Assembly: GCA_051004775.1 (NCBI GenBank)
Contig: JBPCJZ010000043.1
Span: forward strand, 1-17,973
Length of the DNA: 17,973 nt
Direction: 5' to 3'
DNA from: Gemmatimonadota bacterium
GTDB taxonomy: Bacteria; Gemmatimonadota; Gemmatimonadetes; Palauibacterales; Palauibacteraceae
In this document: positions 8,501-16,049 of the stretch, piece after piece
Layout of the letters: each line of letters begins with the position of its first letter
Position numbering within the stretch: position 1 is the stretch's first letter
Notes under the pieces: model-generated
Database searches by the model: none
The model's input: the letters and a program-made list of their open reading frames with translations, nothing else
Told to the model about the DNA's origin: nothing
Position numbers and translations under genes: made by a program

Positions 8501-9701
8501 AGTGGTGGTCCTCGCGCGTGAAGAAGCGTTCGAGGCGCCCGGGCGATACGTGATCCGCGATCCCCTCCGAGTACAGGCCTTCGCGCGCAAATCCCAGCGC
8601 CCGATCATCGATGTCGGTGGCGAACAGGCTGACGCCGGGATGCGCGCCGCGCCGACCGAGTTCCTCTTCGAGCAGCATGAGGAGGGTGTAGGCTTCCTCG
8701 CCGGTCGCGCAGCCCGGAACCCAGATGCGCAGCGGCCGGTCGGACGACGCGGCCTGTTCGACGAGCGGGCCGATCACCTCCTCGGCGAGGGCGTCCCACG
8801 CGTCGGGATCGCGGAAGAAGTCGGTGACGCCGATCAGCAGATCGCGGAACAGGGCCTCCGGCTCGTCGCCGTCCTTTCGCAGCTTTTCGAGGTACTCGTC
8901 CATGCTCCGGCTGCCGGTCAACCGTAACCGCCGCTGGAGCCGCCGGCCGATCGTCCCCGGCTTGTAGAGCGCAAAATCGTGGCCGGAGTGGGTCTTGAGC
9001 AGCGCCGCCACCTCCGTCATCGCCTCTTCGGACTCGTTCTGCTTCGCGCTCCCGGAAATCGGCAGGTCGGCGTCGCGCAGGTGGCGGACGAGCTGCTCCG
9101 CGAGGTCGGGGGTCGCCGCCACGTAGTCGACGACGCCTGCGCGCACGGCGCTCCGCGGCATCGCGCCGAACTCCGCCTCCTCGGGATCCTGCGCGAACGT
9201 CAGGCCGCCGCGGTCACGGATCGCGCCGAGGCCGAGGGTCCCATCCGACCCGGTGCCCGACAGGAGCACGCCGATCGCGCGGTGCGCGGAGTGCTCCGCC
9301 AGGGAGCGCATAAAGGTATCGATGACGACCGGCGGCGCCGTCCGTTCGCGATTCCCCTCCAGACGGAACCGGTCGTCGACGATGCGCAGGCTTGCCCCGG
9401 GCGGCACGCAGAAGACCGAGTCCGGCGCGAGGGGATCTCGGTTCGCGACGAATCGCACCGGCATCGAGGTATTCTTCGCGAGGAGCTCCGGCATCAGACT
9501 TTCGGAGTCGCGCCCGAGGTGCTGAACCACCACGAACGTCGCGCCCGTGTCCGACGGAAGCTCGGCGAACAGGGAGCGAAGGGCTTCGAGGCCGCCGGCG
9601 GACGCACCGATGCCGACGACCGGCCGAGCGACTTTCTCGTCCGCGGCCGGATCGTGTCCGGATGCATCCTCGGGAAGCGTGTTCGAGGCGGACTTTTTCA
9701 T
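5550..9701 (-). CDS. Multidomain hybrid sensor histidine kinase: CheB methylesterase + CheR methyltransferase + coiled-coil + PAS repeats + HisKA + HATPase_c + C-terminal receiver
   Basis: 1383 aa from the ATG at 9701 ([12 protein letters not shown]), with a GGAGGG site 6 nt upstream.
- CheB catalytic motif: [18 protein letters not shown]...[10 protein letters not shown].
- CheR SAM-MTase: [20 protein letters not shown]...[10 protein letters not shown].
- Heptad coiled coil: [35 protein letters not shown].
- PAS-like segments.
- H-box: [15 protein letters not shown].
- N/G boxes: [39 protein letters not shown].
- REC: [13 protein letters not shown]...[17 protein letters not shown]...VAVTGYG...FLVKP. 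Confidence 0.9.
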   Translation of the reverse strand: MKKSASNTLPEDASGHDPAADEKVARPVVGIGASAGGLEALRSLFAELPSDTGATFVVVQHLGRDSESLMPELLAKNTSMPVRFVANRDPLAPDSVFCVPPGASLRIVDDRFRLEGNRERTAPPVVIDTFMRSLAEHSAHRAIGVLLSGTGSDGTLGLGAIRDRGGLTFAQDPEEAEFGAMPRSAVRAGVVDYVAATPDLAEQLVRHLRDADLPISGSAKQNESEEAMTEVAALLKTHSGHDFALYKPGTIGRRLQRRLRLTGSRSMDEYLEKLRKDGDEPEALFRDLLIGVTDFFRDPDAWDALAEEVIGPLVEQAASSDRPLRIWVPGCATGEEAYTLLMLLEEELGRRGAHPGVSLFATDIDDRALGFAREGLYSEGIADHVSPGRLERFFTREDHHYRVTKRLRERCVFAVHNLLQDAPFSHQDLITCRNLLIYLRPEAQERALSVFQYALRPGGHLMIGSAENLGSHGEMFTAVGTRRHVFQRTDVVAGTPLALTHEWPARKRSDLGTPFRGRRQDAADVRRLIERSVLHDYGPACVLVDAHLDVLQFFGRTSRYLEPSAARGGSNLLEMAPPALRAALWTALGQAASERREVRRTALRPVDIADAEHEFIEVVVRPARELDDGAGLMLVIFRPAQPAGRVPRAAGDGEDDETEDPREVREMAQELRDTRHRLQASIEELEGLNEELQSSNEELLSMNEELQTTKEETQSANEELKTVNAEVESKIDELNRAHADLENLFRSTEVATVFLNKSLEIKSFTPVATELFRLRDTDTGRPINEVVPRFAVDGDLAADIERVLETLEPHNSEVQVAEEDLWFTLRIFPYRTLEDAVEGAVLTFTDITDLKRVERQLRLQQEYAERIVESVPEPIAVTDDELRLLAASPSFFERFGFDEATARGTKLAELDGPTWEIAELHRLSRRGTAGDGIQFEIPLDTADGEQGRYLVHARRISEYDGGRDRIILYLADVTAAREREDARDEEVRHKDWFLAMLGHEIRNPLGPIRNALELLREGDADPAYRTRMLAIMERQVDHLTRLVNDMLDISRVTGGKLPLRTSQVDLVLIVTQLAEDHRTELESMGLELVVVSPDASLVVDADPDRLAQAITNLLGNARKYTPRGGRVSMAVGREGAVATVTIADTGIGMAKALLAKVFEPFHKGPRGGDAQQGLGIGLTLARAIIDEHGGDVRAESDGPGRGARFIVRLPLIREEEPGAPAAAARVVGHKGTAAYAESPVLETPAVADADGNVSPGSVSRMRVLLVEDNEDMAVTVALVLERLGCDTRLALTGDAALERVRDWNPKVVLCDIGLPGAMSGFDVARAIRASEAGREMRLVAVTGYGRDTDREDALAAGFDVFLVKPVEVAALRQAVRSPAATGS

Positions 9702-9723
9702 GACCCTCCAGGCGTGCGGAACG

Positions 9724-9752
9724 TTGGGACGGGGCCGCAGCACTCGTCCCAA
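9724..9752. promoter_or_regulatory. Perfect 8-bp-stem hairpin TTGGGACG-(13 nt)-CGTCCCAA in the 5' leader region of the kinase gene
   Basis: Read directly. Lies ~23 nt upstream (on the minus strand) of the kinase start codon, next to its GGAGGG ribosome-binding site. No U-tract, so it is not a canonical intrinsic terminator. Confidence 0.4.
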
Positions 9753-9757
9753 GGTTC

Positions 9758-9777
9758 AATATACTCAATATACTCGA
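9758..9777. promoter_or_regulatory. AT-rich direct repeat CAATATACTC x2 (TATACT / TATATT -10-like hexamers on both strands) in the divergent intergenic region
   Basis: Read directly as caatatactcaatatactcg; conspicuously AT-rich in ~70% GC DNA. Sits between the divergently transcribed kinase (start 9701) and the outer-membrane protein (start 9936). Followed by the palindrome GGCGATCGCC and the small inverted repeat CTTGCTgtcgAGCAAG. Confidence 0.35.
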
Positions 9778-9935
9778 AGCGGGCGATCGCCGCGTCTAGC
9801 CGCGCTTCCTTGCTGTCGAGCAAAGCCGCCCGCCGACGGCGCAACCCTTTTGCGACTCCCCCCATCTCATACGGCTGGAACGGAGAGTCGGCGCGGGATG
9901 GCCGGTCACGGGGATGACGGGTGCGAGGGGGGACA

Positions 9936-12773
9936 ATGGGGTGGATGGGTGTGGTGCGCGGCAGAGCGGGTACGGGAACGCGAGGGTGGATGCTGGGGTT
10001 CGGGCTGGTGGCGTTCGTGCTGTTTGCCGGCGTCACGCCCGTCCTCGCGCAGACGCAGGAGGCGGGCGGCGGCCCGGTGGCCGACCCGGGCGCGGCGCCC
10101 TTCGCCGCGATCAGCACGCCGGCGGTCGGCGCCATCGAGCACGAGGAACGCGCGCCACAATCGGTCGCCGTCCGGCTGGAGGGCACGATCGATCTCGACG
10201 GCCGGCTCGACGAAGCGGCCTGGCGCGCGGCCCCGGCGATCGTCGACTTCCACCAGAAAGAGCCCGTCGAGGGCGTCGCCCCTACCCAGCGCACCGAGGT
10301 GCGCTTCCTGTACGACGGCGGGACGCTGTACGTGGGCGCGCGGATGTTCGACGACGAGCCGGATCGCATCGTCGGCCGCCTCGTCCGGCGCGACGCAAAC
10401 ACCAACAGCGACGAGATCCGCATCACGTTCGACACCTTCCTCGACCACCTGGGCGAAACCTACTTCGCGGTGAATCCGCGTGGTGTCCGCAGTGACGCGT
10501 ACGGCCCCGGCGGCTCGGGCCTCGACGAATCCTGGAATCCGGTGTGGCGAGCCTCCGCCCACGTCGACGAGCTGGGATGGACCGCCGAGATGGCGATTCC
10601 CTTCTCACAGCTCCGCTTCCCGCAGGGCGTCGAGCAGGTGTGGGGCCTCCAGGTCGAACGCACGATCGAGCGCACCAACGAGTACATCGTCTGGTCTTTC
10701 TGGCCGCGGGGGGAGAGCGGCGGGCCCTCGCGCTTCGGCCACCTGTCCGGGATCGCGGCGCCCGAGAGCGGCACGAACCGCCTCGAGCTGCTGCCGTACG
10801 TGGTCGGTCAGTACTCGAACGCGGCCATCGTCAACCGTGACGATCCGTTCTCGAAGAACACGGACGGAAACTTCCGTCTCGGCGCGGACGCCAAGTATCT
10901 GCTCACTTCGAATCTCACGCTGTCCGCCACCATCAACCCGGACTTCGGCCAGGCCGAAGTGGACCCCGCGGTCGTGAACCTCAGCGCCTTCGAGACGTTC
11001 TTCCCGGAGAAACGGGAGTTCTTCATCGAGGGCAGCGGCCTGTTCGACTTCGGCGGGCTGTGGTGCTTCACCTGCAGCAACCAGTCGTCGCTCGGGATGC
11101 TGTTCACGCGGCGAATCGGACGCTCTCCCCAGGGACGGGGCCTCGCTCGCGACGCGGGCCAGTACTTCGACGCGCCGGACGCCAGCACGATCCTCGGCGC
11201 GGCGAAGATCACCGGCCGCACGGCGGGCGGGATGTCAATCGGCGTCATCGAAGCCATGACACAGCGGGAGCAGGCGGACGTGATGGGGTTCGACGGCGTG
11301 GCGTCCCGGAAGGAAGTGGCGCCGTTCACCAACTACTTCGCCAGCCGGGTCAAGCAAGACTTCATGGACGGCGACCTGCAGCTGGGCGGGATCTTCACCT
11401 CGGTCGCGCGGGCCTTCGACGATCCGGATCTCGAATCGATCCTCAACTCCCACTCCGAGGGCTTCGGGATCGACGGGGAGTACTGGTGGGCAGACCGCAA
11501 CTACCACCTGATGGCCGATTTCGCAGTCACCAACGTCGCGGGATCGCCCGAGGCGATCGACCGGGTGCAGCGCTCGAGCGCTCGCTATTTCCAGCGGCCC
11601 GATCGGGAGACGGAGGGTGACGGGCTGTTCTCCAACGCTTATGACCCTACCCGCACGTCGCTCCGCGGCTACGGTACGTATACGCGGATCGCGAAGGAGT
11701 CGGGTTCGCTGCGCTGGGAGAGCCAGCTCAACGTCCGCAGCCCGGGGTTCGAGAACAACGACTTCGCGTTCCTGTCGAACACCGACTTCATCGGCATGCT
11801 CGGGAACGTGCAGTACCGTTGGCGCACGCCGAACAAGACGTTCCGCTGGCTGCAGACCACGCTCGGCGCGCAGCAGCGCTACAACTTCGACGGCGATCTC
11901 ACCGACCGGCAGTACCACAGCTCGTCTTACATGGAGTTGCCGTCCTTCTGGGAGATCAGCCTGTTCGCGCGCTGGCGGCCCGAGGTGCTCGACGACGGCC
12001 TGACCCGCGGCGGTCCGGTCGTCGCGCGGGCCGGCAGCGGGTTCATCGGACCGTGGGTGGGCACCGACGACCGCAAGAAGGTCCGCTTCGAGTTCAATCC
12101 CGAATACGGCTGGTCGACGGACGGCGGCGAGTTCATCAGCCTGTGGACCGGGATCACGTTCAAGCCGGCCTCCAGCGTGTCGCTGTCGATCAACCCGTCC
12201 TTCAACATCGATCGGAGCACCGCGCAGTACGTCACCGCGGTGGACGATCCGACAGCCGCCGCGTTCTTCGGGCGCCGCTACGTGTTCGCCGACCTGGAGC
12301 AGAAGACCTTCGCCATGACCACCCGCCTGAACTGGACGTTCACGCCGGATATGTCGCTCGAACTGTTCCTGCAGCCGTTCATCTCGAGCAACGACTTCTC
12401 GAACTTCAAGCAGTTCGACGCGCCGCGGCAGGTGGAGAAGAGCGTCTACGGACAGGATGTCGGGACGATCCGCACGGTCGATCCCGACGAGCCGGGCGGC
12501 AATCGCTCCTTCGTGATTGACCCGGACGGCGACGGTCCGGCGGCGGAATTCGGGGTGAACGATCCCGACTTCAATTTCCGGTCGCTGCGCGGAAACCTGG
12601 TATTCCGCTGGGAATACATCCCCGGCTCGACGCTGTTCTTCGTGTGGACTCAGGACCGGAACACGGCGGAGCGGATCGGGACTTTCGACCTCGGCCACGA
12701 CAGCGGACGGCTGTTCGATACGCCGGCCGACAACATCTTCCTGATCAAGGCGACGTACTGGCTGGGGTTGTGA
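9936..12773 (+). CDS. DUF5916 / carbohydrate-binding-module-9-like outer-membrane protein (secreted, large beta-rich)
   Basis: Start ATG at 9936 (MGWMGVVRGRAGTGTRGWMLGFGLVAFVLFAGVTPVLAQTQ), with GAGGGGGG upstream; an alternative ATG at 9990 is possible. Signal peptide with AQ-TQ cleavage. From memory, carries the family signature around ATINPDFGQAEVDPAVVNLSAFETFFPEKREFFIEGSGLF. Aromatic/Gly-rich beta-strand pattern throughout; ends ...KATYWLGL. Confidence 0.8.
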   Translation: MGWMGVVRGRAGTGTRGWMLGFGLVAFVLFAGVTPVLAQTQEAGGGPVADPGAAPFAAISTPAVGAIEHEERAPQSVAVRLEGTIDLDGRLDEAAWRAAPAIVDFHQKEPVEGVAPTQRTEVRFLYDGGTLYVGARMFDDEPDRIVGRLVRRDANTNSDEIRITFDTFLDHLGETYFAVNPRGVRSDAYGPGGSGLDESWNPVWRASAHVDELGWTAEMAIPFSQLRFPQGVEQVWGLQVERTIERTNEYIVWSFWPRGESGGPSRFGHLSGIAAPESGTNRLELLPYVVGQYSNAAIVNRDDPFSKNTDGNFRLGADAKYLLTSNLTLSATINPDFGQAEVDPAVVNLSAFETFFPEKREFFIEGSGLFDFGGLWCFTCSNQSSLGMLFTRRIGRSPQGRGLARDAGQYFDAPDASTILGAAKITGRTAGGMSIGVIEAMTQREQADVMGFDGVASRKEVAPFTNYFASRVKQDFMDGDLQLGGIFTSVARAFDDPDLESILNSHSEGFGIDGEYWWADRNYHLMADFAVTNVAGSPEAIDRVQRSSARYFQRPDRETEGDGLFSNAYDPTRTSLRGYGTYTRIAKESGSLRWESQLNVRSPGFENNDFAFLSNTDFIGMLGNVQYRWRTPNKTFRWLQTTLGAQQRYNFDGDLTDRQYHSSSYMELPSFWEISLFARWRPEVLDDGLTRGGPVVARAGSGFIGPWVGTDDRKKVRFEFNPEYGWSTDGGEFISLWTGITFKPASSVSLSINPSFNIDRSTAQYVTAVDDPTAAAFFGRRYVFADLEQKTFAMTTRLNWTFTPDMSLELFLQPFISSNDFSNFKQFDAPRQVEKSVYGQDVGTIRTVDPDEPGGNRSFVIDPDGDGPAAEFGVNDPDFNFRSLRGNLVFRWEYIPGSTLFFVWTQDRNTAERIGTFDLGHDSGRLFDTPADNIFLIKATYWLGL

Positions 12774-12793
12774 GCAGCGGGCCGCTCCCTGCG

Positions 12794-12814
12794 GTATACT
12801 ATCCGCGTACTATG
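12794..12814 (+). promoter_or_regulatory. TATACT-containing direct repeat (GTATACTAT ... GTACTATG), promoter-like, upstream of the receiver gene
   Basis: Read directly as gcggtatactatccgcgtactatgcc. Uses the same TATACT hexamer as the 9758-9777 element and lies 20-30 nt after the outer-membrane protein's stop codon. Confidence 0.3.
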
Positions 12815-12892
12815 CCGGCGGTGCCCCAAATCGGCGCCGCGCCTGCCGCGCCCGGGCAAACCGGTGCGCGTCCCCCGGTCAGGGAGCAGCCC

Positions 12893-13348
12893 GTGCTCGC
12901 AAAACGGCCGGTCATCTTCGTCGTTGAAGACGAACCGGTGTCCGCCGAGTTGATCCAGATCTATTTCGAGGAACTGGGATACGAGGTCCTGGTGGCTCAT
13001 TCCGCCGCCGAAGCTGCCGCCCTGGCCGTGCGGCGCGACCCCGACATCCTGATCACCGACATGCTGCTGGACGGCCCAGAATCAGGCCTCAGCGTGGCCC
13101 GGCGCTTCCGCGAGCAGTATCCGGAATTGCCGATCATGCTGACGAGCGGCCTGCCGCAGGACGACATCCGGGCCGCGGTGGCCGAGATACCCGGCGTGCA
13201 TGCGCTACCCAAGCCCGTGCGCCTGTCGGGCCTGCGCGAGACGATCGACGGCCTGCTGCGGGAGGTAGCGGCAGATGGGGCGGGAAGGCCGGATGGGGTC
13301 GGGAAGGCGGATGGAGCCGGGAAGACGGAATCCACGGAGCTATTGTAA
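12893..13348 (+). CDS. Stand-alone CheY-like response-regulator receiver domain protein
   Basis: REC signature: KRPVIFVVEDEP (acidic pocket), DPDILITDMLL (phospho-Asp), PIMLTSGL (Thr) and ALPKPV (Lys). Preferred start is the GTG at 12893, 6 nt after an AGGGAG site; the alternative in-frame ATG at 12812 adds a Pro/Ala-rich 27-aa extension and has no Shine-Dalgarno site. Ends in a low-complexity Gly/Ala/Asp tail (AADGAGRPDGVGKADGAGKTESTELL). Confidence 0.75.
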   Translation: MLAKRPVIFVVEDEPVSAELIQIYFEELGYEVLVAHSAAEAAALAVRRDPDILITDMLLDGPESGLSVARRFREQYPELPIMLTSGLPQDDIRAAVAEIPGVHALPKPVRLSGLRETIDGLLREVAADGAGRPDGVGKADGAGKTESTELL

Positions 13349-13372
13349 CGCCGGCGTTCGAGGTACTCTTCT

Positions 13373-13426
13373 CGACCGTAGGAACAGATTCCCAATTTCC
13401 CAATTTCCCACTTTTCCCTACGGTCG
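13373..13426. promoter_or_regulatory. Perfect 10-bp inverted repeat CGACCGTAGG...CCTACGGTCG whose 34-nt AT-rich loop carries TTCCCAAT x3 (8-bp tandem); convergent intergenic region
   Basis: Read directly: cgaccgtagg aacagattcccaatttcccaatttcccacttttc cctacggtcg. Sits between the convergent 3' ends of the receiver gene (+) and the metalloprotease gene (-). It could act as a bidirectional terminator, though the loop is long and there is no clean U-tract. Confidence 0.4.
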
Positions 13427-13459
13427 GAATCGGCGGCGCACAACGTCCGGCGCGCAACG

Positions 13460-14164
13460 TTATAGACCGAACGCCCGCCCAAGCAGCACCTGCCCGCGCG
13501 CCCGCCCCGCCTGCGATGGGGAGAGGAACCCCGGATCGGCAGACGGACATTCCGGCGCCATCAGGTTTCCTCCTGCCGTGCATGTGACGTGCGCGAGGCC
13601 GAGCATGTGCCCGATCTCGTGCGCCAGGATGCGGCCGCTGTCGCCCGGAAGGTCCCGAACCCCCTCCGGGGTCAATTCCGGCCACAGCACCGCTGGCACC
13701 GACTGGTAGTATATCCCGCCGGCGACACCCCGCAGATCGCGGATCACGAACACGTCCCAGCCGTCCGGATGGAGGTGATCGGGCGGGATGACCGCGCCCA
13801 GGATCACCTCGTCCCGCAGGAGCCGCTCGAATTCGGCGGGGTTGCGGGCTTCCTCGCGGAGCACGGTGTCGACCACGAAGGTGATGGCAGCCTGCGTCCA
13901 TACTCCGTTGACGCGGGCGAGCAGTGTATCGAGCGCGGCCTCGTCGATCGTAGTGTCGAGAGCTTCGGACGAAGCGGACGCGAGAAAGTGGACCCGGAGA
14001 GGCACCGTGAGTGGCGATCCGTCGTCGGATGGAGGTTCGGCGGGCCCGCCGCTGCACGCGGCGGTCGCAGCGATCGCGGCGATCCCGAAGATCATGGCGG
14101 CGGCACGCGCGACGACGCGGAAGGACGAGCGGGCGGCGAAGCTAGCCGCCCCCGGACGGCTCAC
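13460..14164 (-). CDS. Small secreted zinc metallopeptidase, metzincin-type (HEIGHMLGLAH + Met-turn NLMAP), probable lipoprotein
   Basis: HExxHxxGxxH zincin motif and a downstream LMAP Met-turn. N-terminal signal with a Cys lipobox-like IAAIAATAAC-SG. The GTG start at 14164 overlaps the TGA stop of the upstream 2Fe-2S gene (GTGA); an alternative ATG at 14095 (MIFGIAAIAA) is possible. Confidence 0.7.
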   Translation of the reverse strand: MSRPGAASFAARSSFRVVARAAAMIFGIAAIAATAACSGGPAEPPSDDGSPLTVPLRVHFLASASSEALDTTIDEAALDTLLARVNGVWTQAAITFVVDTVLREEARNPAEFERLLRDEVILGAVIPPDHLHPDGWDVFVIRDLRGVAGGIYYQSVPAVLWPELTPEGVRDLPGDSGRILAHEIGHMLGLAHVTCTAGGNLMAPECPSADPGFLSPSQAGRARGQVLLGRAFGL

Positions 14165-14664
14165 GGTTCGCCGATGATCTCGGCGGGCGGGCGACCACTG
14201 ACGAGGGCCCGCCCCGCGAGTTCGACCGCGTCGAAGATCTTCGTGTAGCCCGTGCAGCGGCAGAGATTGCCGGCGAGCGCGCGGGCGATCTCGTCCCGGT
14301 CAGCATCAGGTTGCCGATCGAGCAGGCCCACGGCGCTGCACAGGATCCCCGGAGTGCAGAAGCCGCACTGGGCGGCGCCGGTCAGGTCGAACGCCTCCTG
14401 GAGGGGATGCGGTCCGTCGGGGCCGGCGAGGCCCTCGACGGTGCGGACGTCGCGCCCCTCGGCTTCCTGCACGGGAAGGATGCACGACAGGACGGCCTCT
14501 CCATCGAGGAGTACGGTGCAGGCGCCGCAATCGCCCTTGTCACACCCCTGCTTCGATCCAGTGAGACCGAGCACGTAGCGGAGTGTCTCGAGCAAGGTAT
14601 AGTGCGTGGGAACCCCCACCTCGTGGCGGTCGCCGTTCACCTGCAGCTCGATGATCTGCTTCAT
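14161..14664 (-). CDS. (2Fe-2S)-binding small subunit of the molybdenum hydroxylase family (CoxS/IorA/XdhC-like)
   Basis: N-terminus MKQIIELQVNGDRHEV. Plant-ferredoxin-like cluster CDKGDCGACTV plus a second cluster motif CGFCTPG...CRCTGY. 167 aa, the typical length. Confidence 0.85.
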   Translation of the reverse strand: MKQIIELQVNGDRHEVGVPTHYTLLETLRYVLGLTGSKQGCDKGDCGACTVLLDGEAVLSCILPVQEAEGRDVRTVEGLAGPDGPHPLQEAFDLTGAAQCGFCTPGILCSAVGLLDRQPDADRDEIARALAGNLCRCTGYTKIFDAVELAGRALVSGRPPAEIIGEP

Positions 14665-14765
14665 GGACTGCTGCGCTCACCGTTGACGAGGCGCGGATAT
14701 CCGGGCGGGGGCGGACCCATGCCCGGGTCGATGCGGTACCCTGTCTGAGACGTTAGACTTTCGCT

Positions 14766-14773
14766 CGTTAACG
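14766..14773. promoter_or_regulatory. 8-bp palindrome CGTTAACG (AT-containing) 20 nt upstream of the 14793 start, in the divergent intergenic region
   Basis: Read directly as tcgctCGTTAACGgacaag. Sits between the divergent 2Fe-2S gene (-) and the secreted-protein gene (+). Candidate operator site. Confidence 0.25.
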
Positions 14774-14792
14774 GACAAGCAACCGGAGCACC

Positions 14793-16049
14793 ATGAACGC
14801 TTCCCGCACAGGCCTGGTCCTCCTCGCGTTGACCGCGCTGGCCTCGACCCCGGCGGTCGAGCAAGAGTCGTTGCCGATCGATCGATGGCTCGTATCCGAC
14901 GTGATCGTCCCCGACTCGTCCGAATCGACGGACGCGCTGGATCGTGACCTCCTGCATTCGCCCGGCGAGCCGGGGGTGCTTCCGGATCGCGGGCTGCCGG
15001 CGGCGGGCGTGACCTGGCACCTGCTGCGTCGCGATGGCGCCTCGGAGTTCGCGCTCGATTCGCTCGTGTCGGCGCCGACGCCTGGCGCCATCGTGTACGC
15101 TCACACCTACCTGCGGCTGCGACACGACCGAACCCTTCGCCTCGAGTGGCGCGCAACGGAGTGCGCCGGCGGGCGGGCGTGGGTCAACGGCCGGGAGATC
15201 TCCGGACCCGAAGCGGACGTGCGGTTCGGCGCGGGCTGGAACACGCTCCTGCTCAAGCTGGAGTCGGGCGCTTGCCCCCTCGGGTTCGCCGCCCGGCTGT
15301 CGACGATCGGGTCAGGATCGCTCGACGAGTTGAAGGTCCAGGCGTCCCGGCCGTTCGGCGACGTGCGCACAGGCCCCGCCGATTGGGTCGTGCCGGGCGA
15401 CACCGCGCGGTTCTCCGAAGCCCGCCGGTGGCGTGGTGATCGCCTGTACGCCGGCCTGCTCGTTGGCCTCACCGCATGGGGTCGCGCGCCGGTCTCCGGC
15501 GTCGAACTGGAACTGCGCAGCGGCGCGAATGGAAAGATCAAGGCTCCGTGGCTGACGCCGGGCACGCGTACGGACGTGGCGGTCCCCATCCGGCTCGATC
15601 GCGTCGAGAAGCTGCTCGAGGCCGGCGCGATCGACGTGCGCATCAAGTGGGACGACGACGAACTGGACCGCCGGCTTCACGTGGCGGGCTCGGCTCCGAC
15701 GCCCGCTCCGGACGAGCGCATTGAGCTCGACGGGTGGGAGGTCCGGAGAGTGGCGGCCGGAGGGCGCGCGAGCCGCATCGACGGCGGTCTTCCGAACGCG
15801 TCCGGGTGGGAGATGACCGGAGAGTGGAAGGTCCCGGAGGCACTGGCTGGCCGCACCCTGGTGTTGGTGACGGAGACGGCGCCCGCCGACTACCGGCTCA
15901 ACGGGTCGCAGACGAAGTTCGCCGGCGAAGGGGTGACGCTGTGCGCGCCGTGCAAGCGAGGCGCCGAAATAGAGTTGAGGGCGCACTCGACCGGCGCGTG
16001 GAGCGCCATGCCCGTCGTGAGGGTGGGCGCCGGGCCGGACGCTCCGTGA
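14793..16049 (+). CDS. Secreted hypothetical protein with galactose-binding-like beta-sandwich segments
   Basis: ATG preceded by GGAG (caaccGGAGcacc ATG). Signal peptide MNASRTGLVLLALTALASTPAVEQ. The segment WHLLRRDGASEFALDSLV...AIVYAHTYLRL...RLEWRATECAGGRAWVNGREIS is reminiscent of GH2-N/jelly-roll sugar-binding folds (weak recollection). Confidence 0.6.
   Translation: MNASRTGLVLLALTALASTPAVEQESLPIDRWLVSDVIVPDSSESTDALDRDLLHSPGEPGVLPDRGLPAAGVTWHLLRRDGASEFALDSLVSAPTPGAIVYAHTYLRLRHDRTLRLEWRATECAGGRAWVNGREISGPEADVRFGAGWNTLLLKLESGACPLGFAARLSTIGSGSLDELKVQASRPFGDVRTGPADWVVPGDTARFSEARRWRGDRLYAGLLVGLTAWGRAPVSGVELELRSGANGKIKAPWLTPGTRTDVAVPIRLDRVEKLLEAGAIDVRIKWDDDELDRRLHVAGSAPTPAPDERIELDGWEVRRVAAGGRASRIDGGLPNASGWEMTGEWKVPEALAGRTLVLVTETAPADYRLNGSQTKFAGEGVTLCAPCKRGAEIELRAHSTGAWSAMPVVRVGAGPDAP

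Noticed and set aside
9724-9752. Hairpin TTGGGACG...CGTCCCAA as a rho-independent terminator
   Set aside because: No flanking U/A tract on either strand, and it lies upstream of a gene start, not after a stop codon. More likely a leader or regulatory structure.
11235-12698. 487-aa minus-strand ORF antisense to the DUF5916 outer-membrane protein
   Set aside because: The plus-strand product has a signal peptide and the family signature block FETFFPEKREFF. The antisense product is Arg/Glu/Val-rich noise.
12812-12892. In-frame ATG at 12812 as the start of the receiver gene
   Set aside because: It has no Shine-Dalgarno site and adds only a Pro/Ala-rich extension before the REC fold. The GTG at 12893 has an AGGGAG site at ideal spacing. 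It is kept as an alternative, not excluded.
13134-14057. 307-aa minus-strand ORF in another frame overlapping the metalloprotease and receiver genes
   Set aside because: Arg/Pro/Gly-rich with no motifs. The overlapping frames carry the HEIGHMLGLAH and REC signatures.
15734-16045. N-terminal 104 codons of track ORF 15734..17227
   Set aside because: Overlaps the well-supported secreted-protein gene and is extremely Arg-rich (RRRSSERVRVGDDRR...). The GTG at 16046, overlapping the upstream stop, precedes a proper signal peptide, so the gene was started there.
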